This document shows, one piece after another, positions 1-10,051 of a DNA stretch of 64,000 nt. Location of the stretch: contig CAYRGG010000006.1 in assembly GCA_964423745.1 (NCBI GenBank), positions 16,406 to 80,405 on the forward strand, read 5' to 3'. The position numbers were made by a program, and so were the translations under genes. The number at the start of each line of letters is the position of its first letter. Within the stretch, counting starts at the first letter, position 1. The stretch is from an uncultured Candidatus Competibacteraceae bacterium (GTDB lineage Bacteria > Pseudomonadota > Gammaproteobacteria > Competibacterales > Competibacteraceae). The notes below the pieces were generated by a model that worked only from the letters and a program-made list of their open reading frames with translations, was not told the DNA's origin and did not search any database.

Positions 1-670
1 TTTTACTCGCGATTTCGGCGAGGATGCTGATGCAGGAGAAGGTTTTCAAGTGATGCTTTCTGAAACCGGTGAAGTGCTAAGCCGTCAAGAATCACGAGGT
101 GGACCCATCCCCGCACAGGGTTATGTGCTGCAGGGGACTGGCGATGAGGCGCAATGGTTGGCCACTCATGCGCGTATGGGGCAAACGTTAACGATCGATA
201 TTGACGTGGTTGCCCGCATGCCGGGCTCGCTAGATAACACGGTTGATATCAAACTCAAAGAGGGTGTCTATGCTGTTAACGGTGGTCCCACACTCATCGA
301 TGATGGTGAGACCGTATTGGCCTATCCGGCTGAAGGGTGGAGTCCAGCAACCATTGCCGATAGCGACCGACATGCGTTTTATAACGCCTGGCTAGTGCGG
401 CGTAATCCCCGCACGGCGGCGGGCATTCGAGAGGACGGTTCACTGGTGCTGGTGGTGGTCGATGGCCGCAACCCGGAACATAGCATTGGCGCATCGATTC
501 CAGAAATGGCCGGGTTAATGCGCCATCTCGGCGCGATCGACGCCATCAATCTGGACGGCGGTGGTTCCAGCGCTATGGTGGTGAATGGAGAATTGGTGGG
601 TATCCCGTCGGATATGACCGATGAACGGGCGGTATCCGATGCCATTGTATTTACCCCTGCTGACAGATAG
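1..670 (+). CDS. Phosphodiester glycosidase family protein (DUF2233), C-terminal part. The frame is open to the window start, so the gene is 5'-truncated by the window.
   Basis: There is no in-frame stop between position 2 and the GTG at 50. The C-terminal motif NLDGGGSSAMVVNGELVG is typical of DUF2233/NAGPA-like proteins. Confidence 0.5.
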   Translation, partial: FTRDFGEDADAGEGFQVMLSETGEVLSRQESRGGPIPAQGYVLQGTGDEAQWLATHARMGQTLTIDIDVVARMPGSLDNTVDIKLKEGVYAVNGGPTLIDDGETVLAYPAEGWSPATIADSDRHAFYNAWLVRRNPRTAAGIREDGSLVLVVVDGRNPEHSIGASIPEMAGLMRHLGAIDAINLDGGGSSAMVVNGELVGIPSDMTDERAVSDAIVFTPADR

Positions 671-729
671 GCGCTTATGCTAGAGCATTGATTTTGTGTT
701 CGCAGAATCTGCTCCCGCTTGCTTGGAGA

Positions 730-1209
730 TCAATTACCACCCTTTGATCGTTCGCCAGCAGCAATAATTAGCTTGTGTTTCACAGAGGCGGCAAGATAAA
801 AATTGGCTTTATGTTCAAGTTGAATAAGGATATCTGCAAGCGAGGAGATGAAACCACGCTGTTTAGCCAAAAGCATCGCTCCGGCCAGTCCAATGCATTT
901 CAATCCTAATTCTTCAGCAGCTAGTCGGCCACGTTTTTCATCTATGATGAGTACGTTTGCATCAAGTTCTTTGGCCAACGTTATTGCTTCAGCTTCACCT
1001 GCATCCAATCTTTTTAGTAAATCTATCAATACCTTTTGATCGGTTGCTACTTTAACTATTAACCAGGAAGGCAGCGTTTTGTGATAGCTCAGTAATTCTG
1101 ATCGAACAGTCCAAGGGATAATGATATTTCCAAATAACGACAGCAAAAGCTGGTCTTTGCCAATTTTTAGAAGCGAGGTAAGCGCAGTGGTATCGCTGAC
1201 AACAATCAC
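730..1209 (-). CDS. DUF3368-family PIN-like protein, a putative toxin partner of the upstream UPF0175 gene.
   Basis: 159 aa ORF placed 6 nt downstream of the UPF0175 gene on the same strand. The DUF3368 family is my recognition of the family, not a run search. Confidence 0.5.
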   Translation of the reverse strand: MIVVSDTTALTSLLKIGKDQLLLSLFGNIIIPWTVRSELLSYHKTLPSWLIVKVATDQKVLIDLLKRLDAGEAEAITLAKELDANVLIIDEKRGRLAAEELGLKCIGLAGAMLLAKQRGFISSLADILIQLEHKANFYLAASVKHKLIIAAGERSKGGN

Positions 1210-1215
1210 TCGGCG

Positions 1216-1509
1216 TTAGCTATTAGAGTTTAAATCAAGAGTCTGTAAAGTCTGAAGATCCGCCTCGAGATCGGCTTCGTCGTAATGAATTGGAACCTGT
1301 CGCTCGCCGAGCGCATCCAGAAAACTTGGACGTGACACACCGGCAAGGCGGGCCGCTTGGCCGAGTGTTGCTTTACGATCGACATAAAGACCCAACGCTA
1401 GTTCGAAAATAGCCTCACGTTCCGTAAGCGAAATATCTTTAATTAAATTATCGGGCAATGTAATTATCAAACTGATTACCTTAATTAACTGATTATGAGT
1501 TTCTGGCAT
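1216..1509 (-). CDS. UPF0175-family small protein (antitoxin-like).
   Basis: 97 aa; central segment LGQAARLAGVSRPSFLDALGERQVPI is HTH-like and typical of UPF0175. Tightly linked to the DUF3368 gene. Confidence 0.5.
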   Translation of the reverse strand: MPETHNQLIKVISLIITLPDNLIKDISLTEREAIFELALGLYVDRKATLGQAARLAGVSRPSFLDALGERQVPIHYDEADLEADLQTLQTLDLNSNS

Positions 1510-1713
1510 ATTTTCATCTTAATTCTACCAGCTATACAACGCAGTTGGGGCGACATACCTTACTGATCTCTGGAAAACCGCTAGGTAGTATCGTTGTGAT
1601 TTTGCAATTTCTAACGCTGGCGTTAACGTCACCAAGGAATCCAGTAAGTTCCACCTGTGGCTAAAAACGTGAAGGTATTTCTCATGGATTTAAAAAAAAT
1701 CCAAAAATGCAAA

Positions 1714-2565
1714 CTACCCTGATGAGCGCGGTATTGCATTAAGCGGTAGCTTCTCCAGCATCGATTCGGGCAGTGTTCCCACCAGTAAATTACCACTGCC
1801 CGTCCCCGGCCACGCCAGCAGGCTTTCATGGTTATCAGTGGTCAAATACCGTCCACTATCGGCAACAGCCTGCCGTACCACATCTTGCCTAAAAAACAGC
1901 GGTTCGCTGACAATATATTGCACCACAATCTGATTATTAATACGGTAGGCCAGTGCGGCGGCCGGCTCCCCTTGAATTTCAGTCGGCCAGGCACCCATAA
2001 GCTCGCCATCGGGTAAATTGAGTGTTTCAACGGGAAATGGCATCAGTGATTGAATCCGGCTAAGATCGACCGAATCGGTGGCTGGCAACCCATGTGCCAC
2101 TGTAATGCGGTAATCGGTCAGTGCGGATGCCACCATGGGTGCTCCTTGCGGTGTTATGGGTGCCGTGTTAATCCACCAAACCATTACAATGGCCTGGGTG
2201 GCAGCTACAGCCCAACCTAACCACGGCAGCAGCGACCCCTTGGGAAATATGCGGCTTTTTATACTTTCGACGTGGTTGATAGTGCCCTGTAAAGGACTAC
2301 TAGGCTGGGGTTCAGTGGGCGTGTCTTTAAGCGCCGTTTCAATACGCCTACGCAACGCAGGTGGTGCGTCCTCGGTAGGCGCTGCGGTTAACTGTTCACG
2401 GATAGCCTGCTGTAACGCTGCTTCACGCCTTAGCAAGGTATGCTCTTGTAACGAGCGCTCCGCTTCTGTATGGGCTAGAGTATCGAGTTCACCGTCAAGA
2501 TGTGCGCCGATTTTGTCAGCCAGTTTTCGTAATCCTTGTTGGTTGTCCGGAGCGTACTTTGTCAC
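1714..2565 (-). CDS. Anti-sigma-factor-like single-pass membrane protein (RskA/ChrR-like architecture).
   Basis: 283 aa. Cytoplasmic charged N-terminal region, one hydrophobic TM segment (LLPWLGWAVAATQAIVMVWWI), and a C-terminal periplasmic domain. No sigma-factor gene is adjacent. Confidence 0.4.
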   Translation of the reverse strand: MTKYAPDNQQGLRKLADKIGAHLDGELDTLAHTEAERSLQEHTLLRREAALQQAIREQLTAAPTEDAPPALRRRIETALKDTPTEPQPSSPLQGTINHVESIKSRIFPKGSLLPWLGWAVAATQAIVMVWWINTAPITPQGAPMVASALTDYRITVAHGLPATDSVDLSRIQSLMPFPVETLNLPDGELMGAWPTEIQGEPAAALAYRINNQIVVQYIVSEPLFFRQDVVRQAVADSGRYLTTDNHESLLAWPGTGSGNLLVGTLPESMLEKLPLNAIPRSSG

Positions 2566-2747
2566 CTCATGTTACCTGTTATTACCCAATGCTTATCCAT
2601 AGACAATACGAGTAATTAAAAGGTTGCTGGTATAGTGTTAACCATCTACATTCCAGCATAGAATAAAAAATACTACAGGTCATTGGAGTAAAATAGGTTC
2701 TCCCCCAACAATACATACTCACAAGTATGACGCAGGGGATGATGGCG

Positions 2748-3020
2748 TCAAAATAGATGGCTAGGGCATCCTGGAGTCTGGTCAGATATGCTGTCTGCGA
2801 ATCGCTTGAAAAAAACGATTGGGATCAATGTGATAGGTCTATAGGTCAACCAAAAAAGCACTGTTGCTTCAAGAATGACTGCCCAGATGGGCCACGCTAT
2901 GGCTGGCGGCGTCTGATAACCGTGGGACCAGAGCCAACGATCGACAATGTATGCCCTTTTGATTTTACTCTTAGGGTGTATGATCTGAAAAAACCGGTCT
3001 ACTTTTTCTTGGTGTGTCAT
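2748..3020 (-). CDS. Hypothetical small membrane protein.
   Basis: 90 aa with one clear hydrophobic stretch. It competes with an opposite-strand ORF of equal length, so this is a weak call. Confidence 0.25.
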   Translation of the reverse strand: MTHQEKVDRFFQIIHPKSKIKRAYIVDRWLWSHGYQTPPAIAWPIWAVILEATVLFWLTYRPITLIPIVFFKRFADSISDQTPGCPSHLF

Positions 3021-3174
3021 AGTAAATAGAAGATTCCTTCTTCATCTATAGGACTTACGCATGACCAGGGCTTGGGCAGCTCATGAAAGAGGTGTCGGCG
3101 GCCTGGAAGGCCGTCGTCAAGCCTACAGGGACGTATTCACGGCGTCCTCTGGAATGAGCTGCGTAAGTCCTGAT

Positions 3175-3600
3175 CTATTTAAGAGGATTTTCATTAAAAT
3201 AGTCAGCAGGATTAACGTTCGATACATTATCTGGATCAGCTACTGTTTGTCCCAAACCGACTGCTGCACTGATAACTGCTCCAATAGCCACATTTCCGGC
3301 AACCACTTGCGGTGGCATTCCAGGCCGCGTTCCACCTGCAGCAAAGGCTGCACCACCTGCGGCACCCCAAAATGTACCGTGCGCAACGGCCGCAGTGTCG
3401 ACTTCGACACAGCGAGCATCCCAGTCCCTTTGATTTCGTCCTCGTTTAGCGACATTGCTCTCTACACAATGTAATGCTTTCTCAAACTCTTCCAGTTGCT
3501 CTGGGGTGCATTCGCCCCTAAAGCTTTGAGACATACCTTTGTTATCAAGAGGGGTTTTTGGAACCGTATAAGGACTGAATTTATTACCAATACTCGACAT
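3175..3600 (-). CDS. Hypothetical glycine-zipper protein.
   Basis: 141 aa; G/A-rich segment GAAGGAAFAAGGT...VVAGNVAIGAVISAAVGLG resembles glycine-zipper TM motifs. AGAGA lies upstream of the ATG. Confidence 0.4.
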   Translation of the reverse strand: MSSIGNKFSPYTVPKTPLDNKGMSQSFRGECTPEQLEEFEKALHCVESNVAKRGRNQRDWDARCVEVDTAAVAHGTFWGAAGGAAFAAGGTRPGMPPQVVAGNVAIGAVISAAVGLGQTVADPDNVSNVNPADYFNENPLK

Positions 3601-3965
3601 AACGTTTTCTCTTTATAGGATTTATAAAAGCACAAACGACTTAACTAAAGTCTCTAAAGAGTATGCTGTAATTTCAGCGATGCCTATCCAACTGATGTTC
3701 TAAGCCAAAAGTGGTAGGAAAGAAGTTGGGTAACAGGTTTTGTGAAGTCTTCTCCCGAGCGGTAAATAGGCATTTTAATTCCATAACGTGATTCTGATTT
3801 GGTAACGAAGCGACATTATCGGCACAGCCCTTCTGCGCGTTTTTTTCATCACAGTGCATCCACCAAATGCGCCATGTAAGATTCATGACATCCGGTTTTT
3901 GAAAACCTGACTATGGGTTTTTGAAAGCATTCCCTGCCTGATTATCACTACGCTAACTACCGATC

Positions 3966-4574
3966 TTGATAATCAAGATTAAGCAAAGAATGAACGTGCT
4001 GCATAGAGGATCTCAACTCATGAAACATGACCTGTTTGCTAAACTCCAATCGCCATCGTTGTCAGAGTTAAGTGGCGGATCAGCAATGGCCAACAGATTG
4101 GTTACTCCCTCACAGACCGAACTGCAAAATGACGACGAAAAACAAATTCGTGGCAAAATCGCCCAATGGCAAGCTTTGTTTAGCCGTGGTGAAGGTAGGT
4201 ACACACTGAGTGGTTATGAACACCTTTTTGCTAACAGCGACGAGTTGCTGGTTTACGATAATTTTGCACCGGTGAATATACGCTTTACTGGTTTTGATAC
4301 CTATCGCACCACTTGGGAAAGAACCATCAATGAGGATTTTCCTGGATATGTTATGTACCGGGTAGACATCGAACGGATCGAAGTCGATGGTGATATCGCC
4401 TGGAGTGCGATTAATTGGTGGGGTAAGATAACTAAGCACGGCAAAACAACTTATACGAGCCAACATGGTACCCACGGTTGGCGTAGAATCGACGGGGAGT
4501 GGCGAATCATGCATGAACACTTAACCGGTCCGATTATGGAAAACCAACAGGAAGCTTGGCGCCCAGAGCCCTAG
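3966..4574 (+). CDS. NTF2-like / SnoaL-like (ketosteroid-isomerase fold) domain protein. The true start is probably an internal ATG near 4020 or 4086.
   Basis: The C-terminal 120 aa shows the NTF2-like pattern, with W/Y-rich alternating strands (DGDIAWSAINWWGKI...HGWRRIDGEWRIMHEH). Confidence 0.45.
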   Translation: MIIKIKQRMNVLHRGSQLMKHDLFAKLQSPSLSELSGGSAMANRLVTPSQTELQNDDEKQIRGKIAQWQALFSRGEGRYTLSGYEHLFANSDELLVYDNFAPVNIRFTGFDTYRTTWERTINEDFPGYVMYRVDIERIEVDGDIAWSAINWWGKITKHGKTTYTSQHGTHGWRRIDGEWRIMHEHLTGPIMENQQEAWRPEP

Positions 4575-4860
4575 ACAGGTTCTAACAACCACAGGTGACG
4601 CGCCGCGAAGACTTTTGCGGCGCTTTGACCTTAAAAAGAGTTTCAGTACTCTTACTGCAGTCTCTGATCAAAATGCTTGTGGCGCATGCTAGCGGCGTAC
4701 AAGTCGCCGCACACATTTAGTGTGGCTGCAATCCAATGCGCCATAAACAGGCATGCTTATGAATGAAAAAAGCGATACAGTGAGGAAAAACACCTCAACC
4801 GTCTTAGATATGAATACCCAAAAGGCGGCCGAGCGGTTACACCGATGCACCGGCGCCGAG

Positions 4861-5280
4861 TTACTGACCGAGCTTAGGCAGCTTCAGCAATCCCATTGCT
4901 GGATTGAAGGTCCTTTCTATCTGGCGCTGATCAAATTGGTAGCGGATCGACTGCGCATGGTGTTTCTTTTTGAACTTCGGGTAACTGGTACGCCCGGCAA
5001 AGAAATTCTGGAAAGCTCGATCCTGATCGCGCAGCGTTTGCGTCAAGACTGTGCTGTTTGCTTGATTAAGCCAGACATGATTGCAGTCTTGCTTCAACTC
5101 GGTAAGCGCACGATTCAGCGACACATAATTTTCACAGCGCCCCAAAGCTCGGTAAGCCAATCCTCGGGCATCCAGCGCCGTATTCCAGACAAACCGCGCA
5201 CAGCCAAAATCAACTGCCAGTTGTTGGCGTTGCTGAGCATTGGGATAAAAGCGGAATTTATAGGTTTTGTTGACAAGCAT
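4861..5280 (-). pseudogene. tnpB: IS200/IS605-family TnpB (OrfB) N-terminal fragment. The gene is truncated after about 139 codons.
   Basis: The N-terminus MLVNKTYKFRFYPNAQQRQQLAVDFGCARFVWNTALD is the characteristic OrfB_IS605 N-terminal motif. The ORF stops where the RuvC-like and zinc-finger domains should follow, and no tnpA is nearby. Confidence 0.6.
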
Positions 5281-5610
5281 CCTTTAATGATAGCAGGGAA
5301 GGACGCTCCTGGCATGGCGAAACAAAACCTTACATATACCTCTCACGCCCTCTGCTCCGCTGCGCTACGCAACCAGGCTAGGGGGTCGTCGGTCATCCAT
5401 GACCTCCTTCAATGCGGATTATATGTCATTTCCCAGAGGTGATCATCCGGGTCTTTGAAGTAGCCATTATAGTTATCCCAAAATACGTGTTGTGGCTTTT
5501 TTACAAGGGTTGTTCAGCGTCGATGGTCTGCGAACTTTAATAAGCGTCAAAGTCCTATCCCCACTGTCAGGTAGTTAAGCAAGTGGCATCTGAATACTGG
5601 AGAAAAGTTT

Positions 5611-6699
5611 TCAACTTAATTCAGCAGCGGCAATGATAGCGTCAGCCAGGGTTTTAAGGGCGCCGAAATAACCCGCAGAACGGGCCGGTCGCGTCGGGTC
5701 GGATGTAACCACCAGCGTAAGTCCAAGATCCGGCACCAGATACAGCAATTGTCCACCGTAACCCCGGGCATAGCGCACCGGGTGCCCAAGCACCGTATTG
5801 ATGAACCAGCCATAGCCGTAGTCGTCCCCGGAAAAAGGTGAGTACGTGCGGGGTGTCCATGCTAACGCAATCCACTCTGGGCTTACCACCGAATTGCCAC
5901 GCCAAACGCCGCCTTGGCGATACATTTCGCCGAACCGCAGCAAGGCATTCGGTGATAGCACCATATCATTACCACCCAGATAAATACCTTGAGGGTCGCG
6001 AGTCCAGGAAGGAAACTGAATCGCTAAAGGCTCACCCAGCCATTGTCGAGCCAGTTCTAAGAGATTGCTTTCGGTGGCATAAGTAAGTACTGCAGCTAGC
6101 AAATGGTAGCTGCCGGTGGAATACAGCATACGCCCGCCGGGCTGATCTACAAATGGGCGATTCCACGCATAACGAACCCAATCAGCGCTAGTGACCCAGC
6201 GACCATAGTTCGGACCGGAGGTGCGTTCTAGTCCGGCCCGCATGGTCAGCAAATGATCAATGGTGATCTGGTTTAAGCGGGGATCCGCATTCGCCGCAGT
6301 GAGGTCATTCAGGAAAGGGGCAACCTGCTGCTCGACGCTGTCAAGTACACCACGATCAAGGGCAACACCGGTGAGGGTGGCGACTAGTGTTTTCGATATG
6401 GACTTAATATTGACTGGGCCATCCAATCCTGGCCCACGTAGCGCTTCGGCAAACTGAATCTTACCGTCGCGGGCGATGATCAGACTGTTAAGTTGATCGT
6501 AACGACGAGCCTTGGCCACGGCTTGATCAAGGCGAGCAGCATCTAACTGACGTGGCGCTGGTGTTGCCCCTGCAGCCGGCAGACCTGTCCATCCCCATAG
6601 GGTTGCGCCAAACAATCCTGTTAATAGGCGTCGTCGAATAAGATCAGTGTGTGGTTGCGCAGCGCTTTGTGTTGTATGTTTCATGGCACTATTATGCAT
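5611..6699 (-). CDS. Serine hydrolase of the beta-lactamase/transpeptidase-like superfamily, with a Tat signal.
   Basis: SISKT (SxxK) active-site motif. N-terminal RRRLLTGLFGA twin-arginine signal. 362 aa. Confidence 0.65.
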   Translation of the reverse strand: MHNSAMKHTTQSAAQPHTDLIRRRLLTGLFGATLWGWTGLPAAGATPAPRQLDAARLDQAVAKARRYDQLNSLIIARDGKIQFAEALRGPGLDGPVNIKSISKTLVATLTGVALDRGVLDSVEQQVAPFLNDLTAANADPRLNQITIDHLLTMRAGLERTSGPNYGRWVTSADWVRYAWNRPFVDQPGGRMLYSTGSYHLLAAVLTYATESNLLELARQWLGEPLAIQFPSWTRDPQGIYLGGNDMVLSPNALLRFGEMYRQGGVWRGNSVVSPEWIALAWTPRTYSPFSGDDYGYGWFINTVLGHPVRYARGYGGQLLYLVPDLGLTLVVTSDPTRPARSAGYFGALKTLADAIIAAAELS

Positions 6700-6892
6700 T
6701 TCTCCTAGTCGAAGGTGATGTATTAGAAAAGTTCAGGTGATCTTTAAACAGGCTCTGAAAAAGACGGAAAATACTATTCAAGAAAAAATGACTGAAATAT
6801 TCATATTTTTCTTAGAGCACTTCGCCTCTACAGAGTTTTTATGTCAACGCGAAGATAGCAAAAGTCGCAACGATTACTGAAAGGAAAGCATC

Positions 6893-7585
6893 ATGTCAAA
6901 TGATAAGAAAACAGCGTTGGTGACCGGCGCTAACCGCGGTATTGGCTTAGCCATTGCCAAGGGGTTAGCGGCGCGCAGCGATATCCAGGTGTTGGCTGCT
7001 GCCCGTAAAACCGCTGACGCTGAAGCAGCCGCCGAGACAATCGGCAGTGGCGCGGTGGGCGTGGCGCTGGATCTGTCCGATCCCTTTGATGCAATAGTGC
7101 GCACCAAAACCATCGAAGCTGACTATGGACCTATCGATATTTTGGTCAACAATGCGGGAATCTTGATACCCGGTGATGGCTTGAATATCGACGTGGCGGA
7201 TCTAAACCGATCCCTCGCCGTCAACGCCGTAGCGCCCTTCGTCTTGATTCAAGTCCTGGGTCCCCCTATGAAAGCGCGGGGTTGGGGCCGCATCGTCAAT
7301 GTCTCTTCTGGATGGGGATCCTTTGATGAGGGTTTGGCAGGTCCCGCTGCCTATTCCATCAGTAAGGCTACGCTTAACGCTGTGACCTTTACTTTCGCGC
7401 CTACTCTAGCTCCTACCGTAAAGATCAACTCCGTCTGCCCAGGGTGGGTACGCACCCGTATGGGCGGTCAAACCGCGACCCGTTCGCCGGAGGAGGGAGC
7501 CGATACGCCGATTTGGTTAGCGACCCTTCCCGATGACGGCCCCACCGGCGGTTTTTTTCGTGATCGCCAGCTGATTGGCTGGTAA
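6893..7585 (+). CDS. SDR-family short-chain dehydrogenase/reductase.
   Basis: TGANRGIGLAIAKGLA Rossmann motif and NNAG motif; the S-Y-K region is around SISKAT. Confidence 0.75.
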   Translation: MSNDKKTALVTGANRGIGLAIAKGLAARSDIQVLAAARKTADAEAAAETIGSGAVGVALDLSDPFDAIVRTKTIEADYGPIDILVNNAGILIPGDGLNIDVADLNRSLAVNAVAPFVLIQVLGPPMKARGWGRIVNVSSGWGSFDEGLAGPAAYSISKATLNAVTFTFAPTLAPTVKINSVCPGWVRTRMGGQTATRSPEEGADTPIWLATLPDDGPTGGFFRDRQLIGW

Positions 7586-7651
7586 TTCAAGACAACGTTA
7601 ATAGAGTAGTGCATGACTTAACAATTCTGTTCCCGATTAATTAATATGGTG

Positions 7652-9355
7652 TCAATTAGACTGCTCGCTCAGATAGCGGTGAACCGACGGAATGCATACC
7701 GCGCCTTCGCCCACGCCGGAGGCAACCCGTTTTACAGACCCCGAGCGTACATCGCCGACCGCGTAGATGCCCTCCACCGAAGTGGTAAACGATGAAGAAA
7801 CATTTGCGTTCTTCACCTCTGAGCCAGTCAATATAAAGCCTTTTGAATCAAGGGCGACACAGCCTTGCAACCAACCCGTGTTGGGCATAGCGCCGATCAT
7901 AACAAAAATATTGTGTATCTTGTGGGTTTCGTGCTTGCCACTTTCCCGGTTTATCCAAGTGACCTGTTCTAACAATCGATCGCCATGCAGTGTGGTGATT
8001 TCAGTGTAGGTATGGAGCGTAATGCGGGGAGAAGACTCGATACGCTGAACTAGATAATCCGACATGCTGGCTGCCAGGGTTGCGCCACGCACCAGTATAT
8101 GAACATGACTCGCATGGCTGGAAAGAAATACCGCGGCTTGACCGGCTGAATTCCCACCACCAACCACCACAATGTGTTCACCGGTACATAGTTGGGCTTC
8201 GATGGCAGTCGCTGCATAATGAATGCCTTGGCCTTCATATTGCTCATAGTTTTGTACATTGAGAGTCCGGTAAGTGGCGCCAGTAGCAACGACAATTGCC
8301 CGCGACCGCACGCAGCGCCCGTCGCCCAGGTTGATGTGAAACGGGCGCTGATCACAGTCGATACCCATCGCCGGACGAGATACAGCAAACCGTGCTCCGA
8401 ATTTCTGACTTTGTATCCATGCCCGGCCAGCCAGTGCTTGGCCGGAGATGCCGATGGGAAAACCCAGGTAATTCTCAATCTTTGAGCTGGTTCCCGCTTG
8501 TCCTCCCGGTGCCTCTGCTTCGATGACTAAGGTGTCGAGACGCTCGGATGCTGCATAAACTGCAGCAGATAACCCAGATGGACCAGCACCGATGACAGCA
8601 ATATCAAAAACATGATTGTCATCGAAAGTTTCTGTCAAACCTAATCGATCGGCTAGCTCTGGATTAGATGGATTGTAAATCACTTCCGTGGCTGCTGGGC
8701 TGATGACCGCTGGAAGGTGGTCTCGTTCCATGTGACACCCCTCAGGTAGCTTACTGTCCGTTGCAGGGTCATTGCTGTCTATAAGTCGATAAGGATAGCC
8801 GTTACGGCGTAAAAAGCGCTGTATCCGCGACATATCGCTATTCTGTCTCGGGCCGAACAACGTCACCCCAGCCTGGTCATGGACAATAAAACCTGTGCGT
8901 CTGAGAATAAACGCCCGCATCACAATCTCCGCGATATCCTGCTCGGTACTCATTAGTCGGTAAAAGCGGTTACGGGGTACTCGTAATACTTGGCTATTTT
9001 CACCCGTGCGCCCACCCACGAGGATTTTACGATCATTGAATAAGTCGAGTTCGCCGGTAAATTGCTGATCCCGATGGACGGTGAATACATGGGGTTTACC
9101 GTCGTTGGTAAGGTCATATATCTCGATACTACCCGTTAGCACGAGAAAAAAATCGACGCTTCGGTCGCCACGTTCGAACAACACTGTACCCTTTTTAAGT
9201 TTTTCGCTCTCGCCGTAAGCTTTCGCTCTCGCGATTTGCTCATGGTTAAGCCGGGGAAAAGTCTGTTTTTCCCGCTCGTAAGGATCGCTAGGATCGACAG
9301 ACGCTTGCGCTGCTGCGGGTGCGCTTTCGGATAGTTTTTTAGACACTGTTGTCAC
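7652..9355 (-). CDS. Cyclic-nucleotide-binding domain fused to an FAD/NAD(P)-binding pyridine-nucleotide-disulfide oxidoreductase-like (TrxR-fold) domain.
   Basis: The N-terminal cNMP-binding beta-barrel pattern is GELDLF...R. Two dinucleotide-binding motifs are present: AVIGAGPSGLSAA and VVVGGGNSAGQAA. A canonical CxxC redox pair was not seen. Confidence 0.7.
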   Translation of the reverse strand: MTTVSKKLSESAPAAAQASVDPSDPYEREKQTFPRLNHEQIARAKAYGESEKLKKGTVLFERGDRSVDFFLVLTGSIEIYDLTNDGKPHVFTVHRDQQFTGELDLFNDRKILVGGRTGENSQVLRVPRNRFYRLMSTEQDIAEIVMRAFILRRTGFIVHDQAGVTLFGPRQNSDMSRIQRFLRRNGYPYRLIDSNDPATDSKLPEGCHMERDHLPAVISPAATEVIYNPSNPELADRLGLTETFDDNHVFDIAVIGAGPSGLSAAVYAASERLDTLVIEAEAPGGQAGTSSKIENYLGFPIGISGQALAGRAWIQSQKFGARFAVSRPAMGIDCDQRPFHINLGDGRCVRSRAIVVATGATYRTLNVQNYEQYEGQGIHYAATAIEAQLCTGEHIVVVGGGNSAGQAAVFLSSHASHVHILVRGATLAASMSDYLVQRIESSPRITLHTYTEITTLHGDRLLEQVTWINRESGKHETHKIHNIFVMIGAMPNTGWLQGCVALDSKGFILTGSEVKNANVSSSFTTSVEGIYAVGDVRSGSVKRVASGVGEGAVCIPSVHRYLSEQSN

Positions 9356-9477
9356 CTTTCTTCGTGGGCTTGCTGGTTACAACTTGGTTTTTACTGATTG
9401 TTGTAGCAGGGTAACAAAGGATAAAAGAGTTGTGCTATACAGAGGCTATAGATAAGACAGCAATAGACCAAAAAAAA

Positions 9478-9506
9478 GCAACCCTGATGATGTCAGGGTT
9501 GCTTTT
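9478..9506 (-). terminator. Rho-independent terminator downstream of the DUF2383 gene. It could act bidirectionally.
   Basis: GCAACCCTGA-tgatg-TCAGGGTTGC hairpin, with an A8 run on one side and T4 on the other. Confidence 0.5.
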
Positions 9507-9601
9507 GTAACGTTAAACCCATGGAGTATTTGCTACTGACTCTGAGCCTTGGTGCCAGTCAGTGAGCGTAATGAATACTATGGGTCTGGCAGCGTTAAGT
9601 T

Positions 9602-10051
9602 TTAGGCTAAATTCTGTTCAATCCACATTTTATGGGTGCGTTCATCCGCCAAATTTTGTTCCAGGGTACTACGAATTTTTGGGGTTAAATCCGTCCGTTC
9701 TAAAGCCATACTATAGGCTTTGTTGGTATCTTCTTCATTGGTTTGCATGGCTTTTATAATGGCATTGTCACCCATTAAACCACCGATGATTACCTTACCT
9801 TGGGTCAAATAACTTTTTAGATCGCCTCTTTCAGGGGGAACCTCTCCAAGTTCTTTTAAGTGCATACTGACGTTTTCAATATGACGTTGATGATCCCCCA
9901 TAAAGGTGGAAAATTTCTCGCGGTTTCTGGAATCATCTAAACGGTCGATGGCTGCTTGATAAGCATCTACCGCATCGTAATCAAGTCTCACAAGATTTTT
10001 AAGCAAATGGATCAATTCAGCTTCGGTGCCTACAGTGGTTGCCATGGTCAT
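9602..10051 (-). CDS. Ferritin-like four-helix-bundle protein, PA2169/DUF2383 family.
   Basis: 149 aa. Motifs DAVDAYQAAIDRL and ERTHKMWIE are typical of TIGR02284/DUF2383 stress proteins. Confidence 0.6.
   Translation of the reverse strand: MTMATTVGTEAELIHLLKNLVRLDYDAVDAYQAAIDRLDDSRNREKFSTFMGDHQRHIENVSMHLKELGEVPPERGDLKSYLTQGKVIIGGLMGDNAIIKAMQTNEEDTNKAYSMALERTDLTPKIRSTLEQNLADERTHKMWIEQNLA

Noticed and set aside
2757-3029. 90 aa plus-strand ORF overlapping the minus-strand 90 aa ORF.
   Set aside because: The translation is Cys/Trp/Arg-rich with no hydrophobic core. The minus-strand alternative at least has a TM helix, and both are weak.
3061-3474. 137 aa plus-strand ORF.
   Set aside because: It overlaps the better-supported minus-strand glycine-zipper ORF. 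Its Cys/Ser/Thr-rich composition is typical of an out-of-frame reading.
4753-5442. 229 aa ORF on the plus strand.
   Set aside because: It lies entirely antisense to the recognisable TnpB N-terminal fragment and has no family resemblance. It is a shadow ORF.
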